64,000 bases of DNA from an uncultured Burkholderiales bacterium (GTDB lineage: Bacteria; Vulcanimicrobiota; Xenobia; Xenobiales; JADMJV01): positions 28,971-92,970 of the forward strand of contig CAZYPN010000026.1 in the NCBI GenBank assembly GCA_964649085.1, given 5' to 3'. The notes beneath the pieces were generated by a model. The model was given only the letters and a program-made list of their open reading frames with translations, had not been told where the DNA came from and did not search any database. Numbering within the stretch: position 1 is the stretch's first letter; each line of letters begins with the position of its first letter. Below, piece by piece: positions 9,422 to 17,923 of the stretch. The position numbers were made by a program, and so were the translations under genes.

Positions 9422-11281
9422 ATGCGCCGCGGCTTCACCCTTTACGAAGTCCTCGTGTCCATGGCCATCTTGACCTCGGTCATGGTGTTGGCCCTGGTCA
9501 ACGGTCGAACAGCCGAACGGTCGAGCCAGTCTCAGGCCGTAGCCGAGTTGCTGGCTGGCGAGTTTCGTCAGGCCCATCAGCGGGCTCTGGCCGAACATCG
9601 TCCCGTGGCCGTCGTGGTACCTGGTCAGGGCAATTCCTGCCCCCACGCCAGTTCCATTTATCTCATGGCCGGAGAAGAGAAGCCTCGCCCTTCGCGCTCG
9701 GTAGACTTTTCCAAAGAATTTCCGCTGGCCATGGTCAGCGTGGCTCACTGGCCGCTCACCAGCGGCGTCACCACACTCGACCCACCCGCTGGCGTCACTG
9801 GCCTGGATGTGAGTGCCTGGGCCGGACCAGGCTTCAGCGATTATGCCTATGTCTACGACGCATCGGGTCGGCTGCACACCAATCTGTTGCCCAACTTCCA
9901 GGGGGCCTATCATCTGGTGGTCTGCACCGGCCTGGACTATGTGTCCTCAAATCCCACGGTGACCGGAACGGCTCCTCTCAATCATTTTGCCCTGTCCAAG
10001 GTGGCCCAGCCCTATACGGTGCGGCTCACACCTTCGGGAGGCGTCAGCGTGAGCAAGGGGCTGCTGAATGCCAGTCCGGCAGTGGCTCAGCTGGTTGGCA
10101 GTATGAACTCCAGCCCCCCGGCCAGCAAGGTGTTGGTAAGCAACAGTGCCAACCAGAATCCGGTCATCGCCTCGCTCGATTTCGCCCCGCGCCTTCCCGG
10201 CGCCGGCTCCAGCACGGCCTATGTCGACAAGGACGGCTTCCTGTCGTTGAAGGTCACCGCTCAGGATCCTGAAGGCGGGCCGCTGTATATTCGTTGGACG
10301 GCCAACGGTGGTAGCTTCTCCTATCAGGATCGGGTGAGAATGCAGTGGAACGAACAGGCTCAGGCCTGGACCTCCACCTGGGAGTGGCGCCCGCCCCAGG
10401 CTTTTGTGGCCGGACAGCAGTTTGCCCTCACCTGCCAGGTGGCCGACCCGCTAGGGGCGGTGGTCAGCCTGGCAGACCCGGCCCTACAAGGGGTTGAGCC
10501 CGTGGCCGGCGGCAAGATCGGCTACAACGACGCCGCCGGTGGCGCCAAGTTGGTGCTGCAGAACGGCACTCCTGTGGGTGGCTTCGGCGATGCCACCTAC
10601 ATGTTTTTGAACTTCAGTGCCGACGGCAAGCGTGCCGTATGGCGCACCGGTCCTGCCACCGTCACCTGCAATACCGATGGCACCTCACCCCACAGCATTC
10701 CGGGTTCGCACCAGAACCAATCGTGGTCGCCCGACGGCAGCAAGATCCTCTATTGGGATGTGAGCTTTCCCCTGCGGGTGTGTGTGATGAACGCCGACGG
10801 CACCAATAAGACTCCGCTGACCCCCAACAGTTCCAGTTACATGATTTATCAGGAGCCGCGCTGGTCGAACCGAGGCGACCGCATCCTGGTCTATCAAAAC
10901 GGAGCCGCCATGCTGGTCAACCCCGACGGCACGGCGTTGGAGCCGCTACAGGGCGTGCCCGCTCAGGCCTACGGCTTTGACTTTAGCCCCGACAGCACCC
11001 GTATGTGCTACTTTCGAACGGGCACTGGGGGAGGTCTGTGGGTGTGCGACCTGACCGACAACCCCGGCGACGGACTCAATCCCACGCTAAGCAATCACGT
11101 GCAGATATCGACCGACACCCTCTATACGGCCCCACGCTGGTCGCATCGCGGAGACGCCATCGCTTACCACGCGTATTCCAGTGGCTATCGACTCAAGCTG
11201 ATTCATCCTGACGGCAGCGGCGCCGTCAGTCTGGGGTATAATGCCACGGGCAACTACACCCCGCCCAGCTGGTGTCGATAG
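9422..11281 (+). CDS. Prepilin-type N-terminal cleavage/methylation domain protein (pseudopilin) fused to a TolB/PD40-like beta-propeller
   Basis: MRRG|FTLYEVLVSMAIL class III signal peptide with Glu at +5; C-terminal repeats SWSPDGSKILYW / PRWSNRGDRILVY / FDFSPDSTRMCYF / PRWSHRGDAIAYH; GGGGGTG-type SD upstream. Confidence 0.8.
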   Translation: MRRGFTLYEVLVSMAILTSVMVLALVNGRTAERSSQSQAVAELLAGEFRQAHQRALAEHRPVAVVVPGQGNSCPHASSIYLMAGEEKPRPSRSVDFSKEFPLAMVSVAHWPLTSGVTTLDPPAGVTGLDVSAWAGPGFSDYAYVYDASGRLHTNLLPNFQGAYHLVVCTGLDYVSSNPTVTGTAPLNHFALSKVAQPYTVRLTPSGGVSVSKGLLNASPAVAQLVGSMNSSPPASKVLVSNSANQNPVIASLDFAPRLPGAGSSTAYVDKDGFLSLKVTAQDPEGGPLYIRWTANGGSFSYQDRVRMQWNEQAQAWTSTWEWRPPQAFVAGQQFALTCQVADPLGAVVSLADPALQGVEPVAGGKIGYNDAAGGAKLVLQNGTPVGGFGDATYMFLNFSADGKRAVWRTGPATVTCNTDGTSPHSIPGSHQNQSWSPDGSKILYWDVSFPLRVCVMNADGTNKTPLTPNSSSYMIYQEPRWSNRGDRILVYQNGAAMLVNPDGTALEPLQGVPAQAYGFDFSPDSTRMCYFRTGTGGGLWVCDLTDNPGDGLNPTLSNHVQISTDTLYTAPRWSHRGDAIAYHAYSSGYRLKLIHPDGSGAVSLGYNATGNYTPPSWCR

Positions 11282-12068
11282 GTTGTCTGTCCGCGGTCGG
11301 GGTCTCAGCCTGGTCGAGACCCTCATCGCCTTCTTCTTGCTCAGCTGCGGCGTCTTGCTGATCACTCAGCTTTTCCTTTACTCGCTGCGCTACACTCGCC
11401 AGGTGGAGGCCCGCGCCCGAGCCCTGCTGGCGGGCGAACGCGCCTGGCAGCGCCTGCGCAACTGGGCGGCCGAGGTGAATGGTGGTCAGCTCAACTTCTT
11501 GGGCAACTGGGCCACCTATCAAGGGGTAACGGAAACCGACCCCGACGACGCCGAATTCCAGCTGCGCTACCAGGTGGCCGACCAGAACTTGATGTCGCCC
11601 TGTCACGAGCTTGAACGTCTCATTCCGGCCGACCAACAGGGACTGATGGCCCGCTCGGCCAAAAGGGTGTCCATTACGGTCAGCTGGCGTGGGGGCTCGC
11701 TTCAGTTGGCCGGGCTGGTGGAAGAGCCGCCGCGCCAATGGCGGGCCACCAATCCTCTGGTGGTGTCGGGCACCCCGCCCGATCCGGTCAACGCCTCCAA
11801 TCCGGCCAACTTTACGGCAACCGCCTTCGACAGCAACGATGCCGCCATCGAAGATCTTGAGTTTCGCTGGTACGTCGACGCCATGTCCACCTCGGGTACG
11901 GTCACGCCCTCACAGAACGGAAAGGCGGCCACTTTCCTCCCTCAAATCACTCTGTCGGACGGCAGCACCCAGCCCAGCCCTCCAGGCCAGTGCCGGGTGA
12001 AAGTTCGGGCCGTGTATCGCGGCCAGGAGCGCATCGCCCTTTCTACCGTGATGAACGTGGCGCCGTGA
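11241..12068 (+). CDS. Prepilin-type pseudopilin (minor pilin-like)
   Basis: RGRG|LSLVETLIAFFLL with Glu +5; alternative TTG start at 11283 directly after the upstream stop. Confidence 0.7.
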   Translation: MPRATTPRPAGVDRLSVRGRGLSLVETLIAFFLLSCGVLLITQLFLYSLRYTRQVEARARALLAGERAWQRLRNWAAEVNGGQLNFLGNWATYQGVTETDPDDAEFQLRYQVADQNLMSPCHELERLIPADQQGLMARSAKRVSITVSWRGGSLQLAGLVEEPPRQWRATNPLVVSGTPPDPVNASNPANFTATAFDSNDAAIEDLEFRWYVDAMSTSGTVTPSQNGKAATFLPQITLSDGSTQPSPPGQCRVKVRAVYRGQERIALSTVMNVAP

Positions 12069-12610
12069 AGACGCGAGCGCGTGGCATCACCCTGATCGAG
12101 GTCTTGCTCACCTGTCTGCTCTTCAGTGTAGCGCTGGGATTGCTGGCCGGATTTGTCGGCCGGGTGAGCGATGTGATGCGCTTTTCCAGCGGTAAGGACC
12201 GCACGGTTCAGGCGGCCCGTCTGGCCCTGGACCGCATGCAGGACGAACTCTCAGGTGCCATACAGCTCTTGGAGCCCGGATCCAGCCCCACCGACAAGCT
12301 GCAGTTCGTGCGCCTTGACCCTCGTGTGGCCGGTCGCCTGCCCAACCCACTTCCCAGCACGCTTCCCACCAGTTGGGACCCGGTCGACCCTGCCTTCCTG
12401 ACTCAGGTCACCTACGCCCTGGTCGACGACCACCTGGAGCGCACGGCGTTGCACAATGACGGCAGCACCCGAAGTGAAACCCTGCTCGACCAGGTTCAGG
12501 GCCTGCAAACCGAGCGCCTGACCCCAACCAGCGTGCGTCTGACTCTGCTGGTGTGGGACAGTCGCCGCACCACTCGCTGGATCGCCATCGGGGGGATTCG
12601 CCTTCGATGA
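12065..12610 (+). CDS. Prepilin-type pseudopilin (minor pilin-like)
   Basis: GTG start overlapping the upstream stop (GTGA); VKTRARG|ITLIEVLLTCLLF. Confidence 0.7.
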   Translation: MKTRARGITLIEVLLTCLLFSVALGLLAGFVGRVSDVMRFSSGKDRTVQAARLALDRMQDELSGAIQLLEPGSSPTDKLQFVRLDPRVAGRLPNPLPSTLPTSWDPVDPAFLTQVTYALVDDHLERTALHNDGSTRSETLLDQVQGLQTERLTPTSVRLTLLVWDSRRTTRWIAIGGIRLR

Positions 12611-13068
12611 TCCGCCGGGGCTCTTCCATCGTGGCCGTGTTGCTGGTGTTGTCGGCCATTCTGGTGTTGGGCCTGGGGCTGCTGGGCTCGCGGGTGTCGC
12701 AGGTGCGTGCCGCCCAGGACTCGCTGCAGGCCTCGCAGGCCCAGCTTCTGGCCGAAGCGGGTCTGGCCGACGCGCGCATGAAACTGGACAAACGGCTCAG
12801 CTTTCCTCCCAAGTTGGTAGACCAGGATGAGGTCATTTTCAGCTATACCGAAGACCTGCTCGACCCGGCCGGGCAGCGTGTGGGCAGCTATCAGGTGGTG
12901 ATTGACCGAACCTGGGAAAAGGACCCCTACCGCCTGATCCGTGTAACTTCCGAGGGCCTGGTGGGGCCTGTCGAATCACCCAGGACGCGGCGCAAGATCA
13001 GCGCCGAACTCGACTGCGGCGCCAGCCCCACCGAGTGGATCAACTGGATAGACGAAGGGGGGCTGTAA
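12607..13068 (+). CDS. GspK/PilX-like pseudopilin-family protein (no Glu +5)
   Basis: ATG overlapping the upstream stop (ATGA); MIRRGSSIVAVLLVLSAILVLGL N-terminus. Confidence 0.6.
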   Translation: MIRRGSSIVAVLLVLSAILVLGLGLLGSRVSQVRAAQDSLQASQAQLLAEAGLADARMKLDKRLSFPPKLVDQDEVIFSYTEDLLDPAGQRVGSYQVVIDRTWEKDPYRLIRVTSEGLVGPVESPRTRRKISAELDCGASPTEWINWIDEGGL

Positions 13069-13473
13069 CTACCGCTGAAGCGGCTGAATGCTCAGAACCA
13101 GACCGTCTTCGCTCTTCAAGATTTCTCGGTCTTGCTCGATTACTCGATAGACCTTGCGGCCTCGAAAGGCCGCTGGAACCTGAGAATCGTCGAGCAATTC
13201 CCCCTGCGGCGTCTGGCCGGCCCTGGCCGGCCCGTTGAGCTGAACCTGGGTGGTGCGGCGGCGGCTGGGAACGCCGGTAATGGCCCCGCCCGTCGGGGCC
13301 GCGGGTGCTGTGGCCGCGGGAGCCGCCGGGGCCGCCTGAGGTAGGCTGCTCTGGGGAGACTTCGCCGGGGTGGCGGACGTGGCCGAAGCAGCGGGTGTGC
13401 GGGTTGAGGTGGGGGAGGGCTGCGAACTCTGAGCACAGCCGGCCAATAAAAGAGCGAGCAAGAACAGCCGCAT
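13069..13473 (-). CDS. Putative lipoprotein (Pro/Ala/Ser/Thr-rich linker)
   Basis: MRLFLLALLLAGC lipobox signal; the longer track ORF to 13737 overlaps gspF antisense. Confidence 0.45.
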   Translation of the reverse strand: MRLFLLALLLAGCAQSSQPSPTSTRTPAASATSATPAKSPQSSLPQAAPAAPAATAPAAPTGGAITGVPSRRRTTQVQLNGPARAGQTPQGELLDDSQVPAAFRGRKVYRVIEQDREILKSEDGLVLSIQPLQR

Positions 13474-13538
13474 GTCGAGGTTTTCTAGCTCAGAGAGAGT
13501 TGGCCTCCCGAGGAGTGCCAGGGAAAGGAGGTGCTGAT

Positions 13539-14699
13539 GTGCGCGAACGATGGAATGCCTTGAAACGCGGTCTGACCGGCAAGAAGCAGCCAGCCGGTGG
13601 GTGGTTGCCCAGCGGACTGGCCGACCCCGCAATGCGCAGCCATCTGAGCACGCTTGCGGTGGCACCCGGCGAGGTGGCGGCCTTGACCCGCCAGCTGGCC
13701 ACCTTGCTCTCGGGCGGCGTGCCGCTGGTTCAGGCATTGGGCATTCTACGCCAACAGCCCGAGAACCCCGTGCTTGGGGACGTGGTGGCCGACGTCGGCG
13801 CCCAGGTGGGTTCGGGCCATCGCCTATCGGCGGCCCTGAGTCACTACCCCAGGGTCTTTGGCCAGCTGTTTGTCACCATGGTGGCGGTGGGTGAAAACTG
13901 TGGGCAGCTCGACCAGTCGCTGCGCAATCTGGCCGATTGGCTGGAGAAAGACGACGCCCTCAGGCGCAAGGTCAAGGCGGCCATGACCTATCCGCTGATG
14001 GTACTCGGCCTGGCTGTGTTGCTTGCGGTGACGATGTTTGTCACGGTATTGCCCGGCTTTATCACCATCTTCGAGGACCTGCAAACCCCCCTGCCGTTGA
14101 TCACTCAGGTGGTGGTGTGGATCACCAAAGCCTTGCGACACCCCCTGTTCTGGATCGCGGCCGTGGGCCTGGGTGCAGGCCTCAAGGCGGCCCTGCAAAA
14201 GGCCCAGGCCGACAGTCAGCGCAACGCACAACTCTACCGCTGGCTGCTCAACATTCCTGGCCTGGGGGGGCTGCTCTTTCACAGCAGCTGCGCCCGCTAC
14301 TGCGCCACCGTGGGGGTGCTGCTCAATGCCGGCATGGACCTGCGACGCAGTTTGACTTTGGCGGCTGCTGCCAGCGGCAGCCCACTGCTTGAGCAGGATG
14401 CGAAGCAGCTGGTCAATGCCGTCATCCACGGACACGCCGTCGATGACTATATGATGGCCCATCCACAGCTCTACTCTGGCACCATGACTCAGATGGCCGT
14501 AGCCGGCGAAGAGGCCTCGCGCCTGCCCGAGATGCTCACTCGAGCCTCGCGTTTCCACGAACTGGAGGTGGAAGCTCGCATCGAAGCCATCAGCGCGGCG
14601 CTGGAGCCGATTTTGCTCAGCGGGGTGGCGCTTGTGGTGGGCACGGTGCTGGTGGCGATTTTCATTCCCCTCTACGGCATTGTGGCCACCCTGGCTTGA
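13539..14699 (+). CDS. gspF: Type II secretion / type IV pilus platform protein GspF/PilC family
   Basis: Two T2SSF-type halves (ALTRQLATLLSGGVPLVQALGIL...; RYCATVGVLLNAGMDLRRSL...) and 3 TM; GTG start with AGGAGG 8 nt upstream. Confidence 0.85.
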   Translation: MRERWNALKRGLTGKKQPAGGWLPSGLADPAMRSHLSTLAVAPGEVAALTRQLATLLSGGVPLVQALGILRQQPENPVLGDVVADVGAQVGSGHRLSAALSHYPRVFGQLFVTMVAVGENCGQLDQSLRNLADWLEKDDALRRKVKAAMTYPLMVLGLAVLLAVTMFVTVLPGFITIFEDLQTPLPLITQVVVWITKALRHPLFWIAAVGLGAGLKAALQKAQADSQRNAQLYRWLLNIPGLGGLLFHSSCARYCATVGVLLNAGMDLRRSLTLAAAASGSPLLEQDAKQLVNAVIHGHAVDDYMMAHPQLYSGTMTQMAVAGEEASRLPEMLTRASRFHELEVEARIEAISAALEPILLSGVALVVGTVLVAIFIPLYGIVATLA

Positions 14700-14744
14700 T
14701 CGCTCTTTCAGAAGGGTTTCAGCCCGAGGACATAAGGTTGAGGC

Positions 14745-15404
14745 GTGAACATCTCGGCTCACTGTCTGCCCCAACGACCCGACCGCATCGCACGCAAGGC
14801 TCTCGAGGCTCTGGCCCTGGACCCGCAGCAGCATCGGCTGCTGGAGGAGAATCTGGCCAGCTACACTTCCCACCTCCACGATGACTACCAGCAGAGTCTG
14901 GAAACCCTGGAGGGTGGAGACCTGCTGGCCCGGCTGCAGAACGGTTGGGCTCACGGCGAGCATCGTTGGACCGACAAGCTGCGCCGAGATCTCCGCGACC
15001 CTTATTCCGACCAGCAGGTGGGAGAGCGATTTGAAGCCCTCAAAGCTCGTTTCATCGAGGAGGCCCGCAACTATCCCGGCCAGCTCTTCATCGCCGGCAG
15101 CCTGAGCAAGGGGCGTTTCGGGGCCCATTCCGATCTGGACGTGCTGGCCACGGCCTCGCCCGGCTCAATGCCTGCTTCCTCGTGGCAAACGGGCAGCCCG
15201 CAGTTTTTGCTCGATTCCTTTCCGGGCGCCGTGGCTGTGGGCAGCGATGGACAGGACCTGCTCAAGCTGTGGCGCGAGGGCCTGGGCCGCAAGGGCCTGG
15301 AACTTCACGATGACTGGAAAGTGGCGCGCCACACTTACGTTCAGCGCCAGCCCGAACCCATCCCAAAAAGTGGCATGATGTGGAGCTTTGCCGACTTACC
15401 CTGA
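14745..15404 (+). CDS. Nucleotidyltransferase-fold domain protein
   Basis: Minimal NTase motif IAGSLSKGRFGAHSDLDVL (GS-x9-DxD); the antisense ORF 13824..15128 is junk. Confidence 0.5.
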   Translation: MNISAHCLPQRPDRIARKALEALALDPQQHRLLEENLASYTSHLHDDYQQSLETLEGGDLLARLQNGWAHGEHRWTDKLRRDLRDPYSDQQVGERFEALKARFIEEARNYPGQLFIAGSLSKGRFGAHSDLDVLATASPGSMPASSWQTGSPQFLLDSFPGAVAVGSDGQDLLKLWREGLGRKGLELHDDWKVARHTYVQRQPEPIPKSGMMWSFADLP

Positions 15405-15435
15405 GAGGCATCCGGCGAATTTCTGGGCCAGACCA

Positions 15436-16992
15436 CTAAACTTTTGTCTTCCGCCAGTCCTGGTAGGCAAAGAAGCAGTCGAGTCCCATAGGCACAATGG
15501 CCATGCGACAGGTCCAGGCCGGCAGGTCGGCTTCGGGCACCCAGGCGGACCATTCAATATGGTCGGGGTGAAATTCCATCGGGCCCTTCCATTCCAGGCG
15601 AAAGATATGGATCCAGGCCCGTGATCTCGCCCCCTGGTGAAAGTGGCTGCAGACGAACTCGGGGTTGGCCCCAACAATGCCCACCTCGGTCTGCAATACC
15701 CGACGGGCGGCCTCTTCATAGCTCTCGCCACTTTCGACCACGCCGCCCACAAAGACGTCGTGCATGCCCGGAAACAGGTCTTTGGTCGAGGTTCGCCGAT
15801 GCACGAGAACCTCGCCCTGGTCGTTGTAAATCAAGATTTTGACGGCCCGATGCATCAGGTTCTGCTCGCGCATGGCGCTGCGGGCCACGTGGTCCACCAC
15901 TCGATTCTCGCTGTCGACAACTTCCACGGTTTGCTGGCTGACGTCGATGCGTTGATGCGCTTTGGGTGCCTCCTGCTCAGCGGGGTCTGACGGCAGGTTG
16001 ACCTCGCGCAAGAATTCGGCATCGTTCTCGGGCACCGAAGGGTTGATGAACATCCCTGTGCCAAGTTCAAAGCCTGCACTTTTCTGCAATCGGGGCACGA
16101 TGGTGATATACCAATGAAATACACGTCCGCCCAGAATTTCAGCGTGCGACGAGCGCACCACCAGGTTATAGGGTGGGTCGCCCAGGCCATGATAGAGCCG
16201 GGCCAACAACTGTCGCAGCAGAACCGCCAGCTCTTCCAGTTCGGCATCGGTGGTCAGGGCATAGCTGCAACTGTGGCGACGCGGCAGAATCCAAATGGAG
16301 AACGGCGAGAAAGCGGCGTAAGGAACAAAAGCCACAAACTCTTTCGTTTCGCCTAGGATACGGGTGCGCTGACGCAGTTCCATCTCCATTTCATCGCAAA
16401 ATACACAGCGTCCGTGCTGATGATAGTAATGGTTGGCCACTTGCTGTCGGTCCAGCACCTGTCGGGGTGTCACTGGCAGAGCCACCACCTGAGAGTGCGG
16501 ATGTTCCAAGGAGCAACCGGCGGCCTGCCCGTGATTCTTGAAGATCACCACGTGCTCGGTTTCGGGCTGCAACCAGAAGGTACGATAGCGCTGGCGCCAG
16601 GCCTTCAGTACGAGGCTCAGGTGGCTGGGCACCATCAGGGCCAGCGTGGTGTTATGCAAGGGAGACTCGGCCACCACTTCGTGATGGCCAACCCCCTGCA
16701 GCCACCGGGCCAGTTCCTCGCCCCGCAACTCGGGGCGAGCCCCGGGGCTGACCACCGGAAAACGGTTGGGAAAACTGCGCACCAACCAGCCCGAAGTTTC
16801 ATCGCTGAAGCACAGCGTTTCTCCCGGAGTGCGGGAGTCGTGCCCCGGACAAAACGGGCACTGGCCCTTCCAGGTAGGTCGCTCATGCGTCCACTCGCCG
16901 ACCTCGCGGTGAAAGTCCTCGGGCCTGCGTGCCCTTTCGGGAGCAAAGACGACCCACTCTCCAGTGGCCACACTCAGGCGCAGTTCAGACAT
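15436..16992 (-). CDS. GalT-type (HIT superfamily branch) nucleotidyltransferase/phosphorylase fused to a C-terminal Nudix hydrolase
   Basis: Zn motif CPFCPG, active-site HPHSQ (GalT HPHGQ), then Nudix box GGVVESGESYEEAARRVLQTEVG. Confidence 0.8.
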   Translation of the reverse strand: MSELRLSVATGEWVVFAPERARRPEDFHREVGEWTHERPTWKGQCPFCPGHDSRTPGETLCFSDETSGWLVRSFPNRFPVVSPGARPELRGEELARWLQGVGHHEVVAESPLHNTTLALMVPSHLSLVLKAWRQRYRTFWLQPETEHVVIFKNHGQAAGCSLEHPHSQVVALPVTPRQVLDRQQVANHYYHQHGRCVFCDEMEMELRQRTRILGETKEFVAFVPYAAFSPFSIWILPRRHSCSYALTTDAELEELAVLLRQLLARLYHGLGDPPYNLVVRSSHAEILGGRVFHWYITIVPRLQKSAGFELGTGMFINPSVPENDAEFLREVNLPSDPAEQEAPKAHQRIDVSQQTVEVVDSENRVVDHVARSAMREQNLMHRAVKILIYNDQGEVLVHRRTSTKDLFPGMHDVFVGGVVESGESYEEAARRVLQTEVGIVGANPEFVCSHFHQGARSRAWIHIFRLEWKGPMEFHPDHIEWSAWVPEADLPAWTCRMAIVPMGLDCFFAYQDWRKTKV

Positions 16993-17095
16993 CCCCTGGT
17001 TTTCCCGCTATGGGCGGCCGAAGCCTGGCTGGACACCAGCGCTCAGGTCAACGATTCGGGCAGGGGTTTCCCCTTGCCATCTGTAATCCTGGGCC

Positions 17096-17872
17096 GTGCG
17101 CTATTGGTACCTGGTGCTGCTGGTCCTGCTGGCTCTGCCGGTGGCCTCACAAGGCCCCGACGACCTTAACGTATTGCGTTCCGCCTGCCAGTTTTTCGCC
17201 GGCTCTCCGCTCACCGCCGACGAGTGGGCCCGCATCGAAGCCGATGCCCGCAAGGATTTCGCCACTCAACCCGAGCAGTCCAGGGCCCAGCTGCAGGAGC
17301 TTCGCCAGCTGGGTTCCACGCTCTCCCAGATCACCGAGCCCGGGGCCCTGATCGAGGTGCGTCAGGCAGGGCTTTACTCGTTTTACCAGCTGCGCCAGTC
17401 GGGTCAGCACGACCTCAGTGCAGAAATTGTGCTGCAGCGTGCCCGTCCGTTGGCGGTCGACCCGGCCCATCAGGTGCTGCTGCTCGAAGCCGACCTCGAC
17501 GGGGTCATGGCCTATCTCAGTCTCCTGCGTCAAAGCCAGGGCGGGGCCCCCTGGTCTGCGCACGAGGCTCAGCAGTTCCGTAGCCAGACCGTCCAGAATT
17601 TCGCCCGACTGCCCGATGCTTCCAAAGCTTTCTTGCTGGGGGGGCAAATCTACTGGAGCGTGATCTCGGCCCAGATGCAGCGCCTTGGCCAGCAACGCCA
17701 GGCCGAGGTGCAGCAACGGCTGGCCCAACAGCAGCAGGTGCCGCTCTCGATGGATGCCTACCAGGCCCTCAGCAACCTCAGCCGCAGCCAGCACCTCACC
17801 ACCATGAACATTCTGGAGAACATGGGCGGCAGCGGCGACTACTGGGAAATGGTCGAGCGTCCCTCGTGGTGA
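17096..17872 (+). CDS. Secreted hypothetical protein (Gln-rich)
   Basis: Signal peptide YLVLLVLLALPVASQ; GTG start; antisense ORF 17147..17929 rejected on composition. Confidence 0.5.
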   Translation: MRYWYLVLLVLLALPVASQGPDDLNVLRSACQFFAGSPLTADEWARIEADARKDFATQPEQSRAQLQELRQLGSTLSQITEPGALIEVRQAGLYSFYQLRQSGQHDLSAEIVLQRARPLAVDPAHQVLLLEADLDGVMAYLSLLRQSQGGAPWSAHEAQQFRSQTVQNFARLPDASKAFLLGGQIYWSVISAQMQRLGQQRQAEVQQRLAQQQQVPLSMDAYQALSNLSRSQHLTTMNILENMGGSGDYWEMVERPSW

Positions 17873-17923
17873 GCCTGGAATAGGCTGCGCTCGAAGGCGA
17901 CTCTGGGGGGCGGAGGTCAGGAC

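Noticed and set aside
13824-15128. 434-aa minus-strand ORF antisense to gspF and the NTase-fold gene
   Set aside because: Gln/Gly/His/Leu-rich, no motifs, no RBS. The sense-strand genes carry clear GspF and NTase signatures. Typical high-GC antisense artefact.
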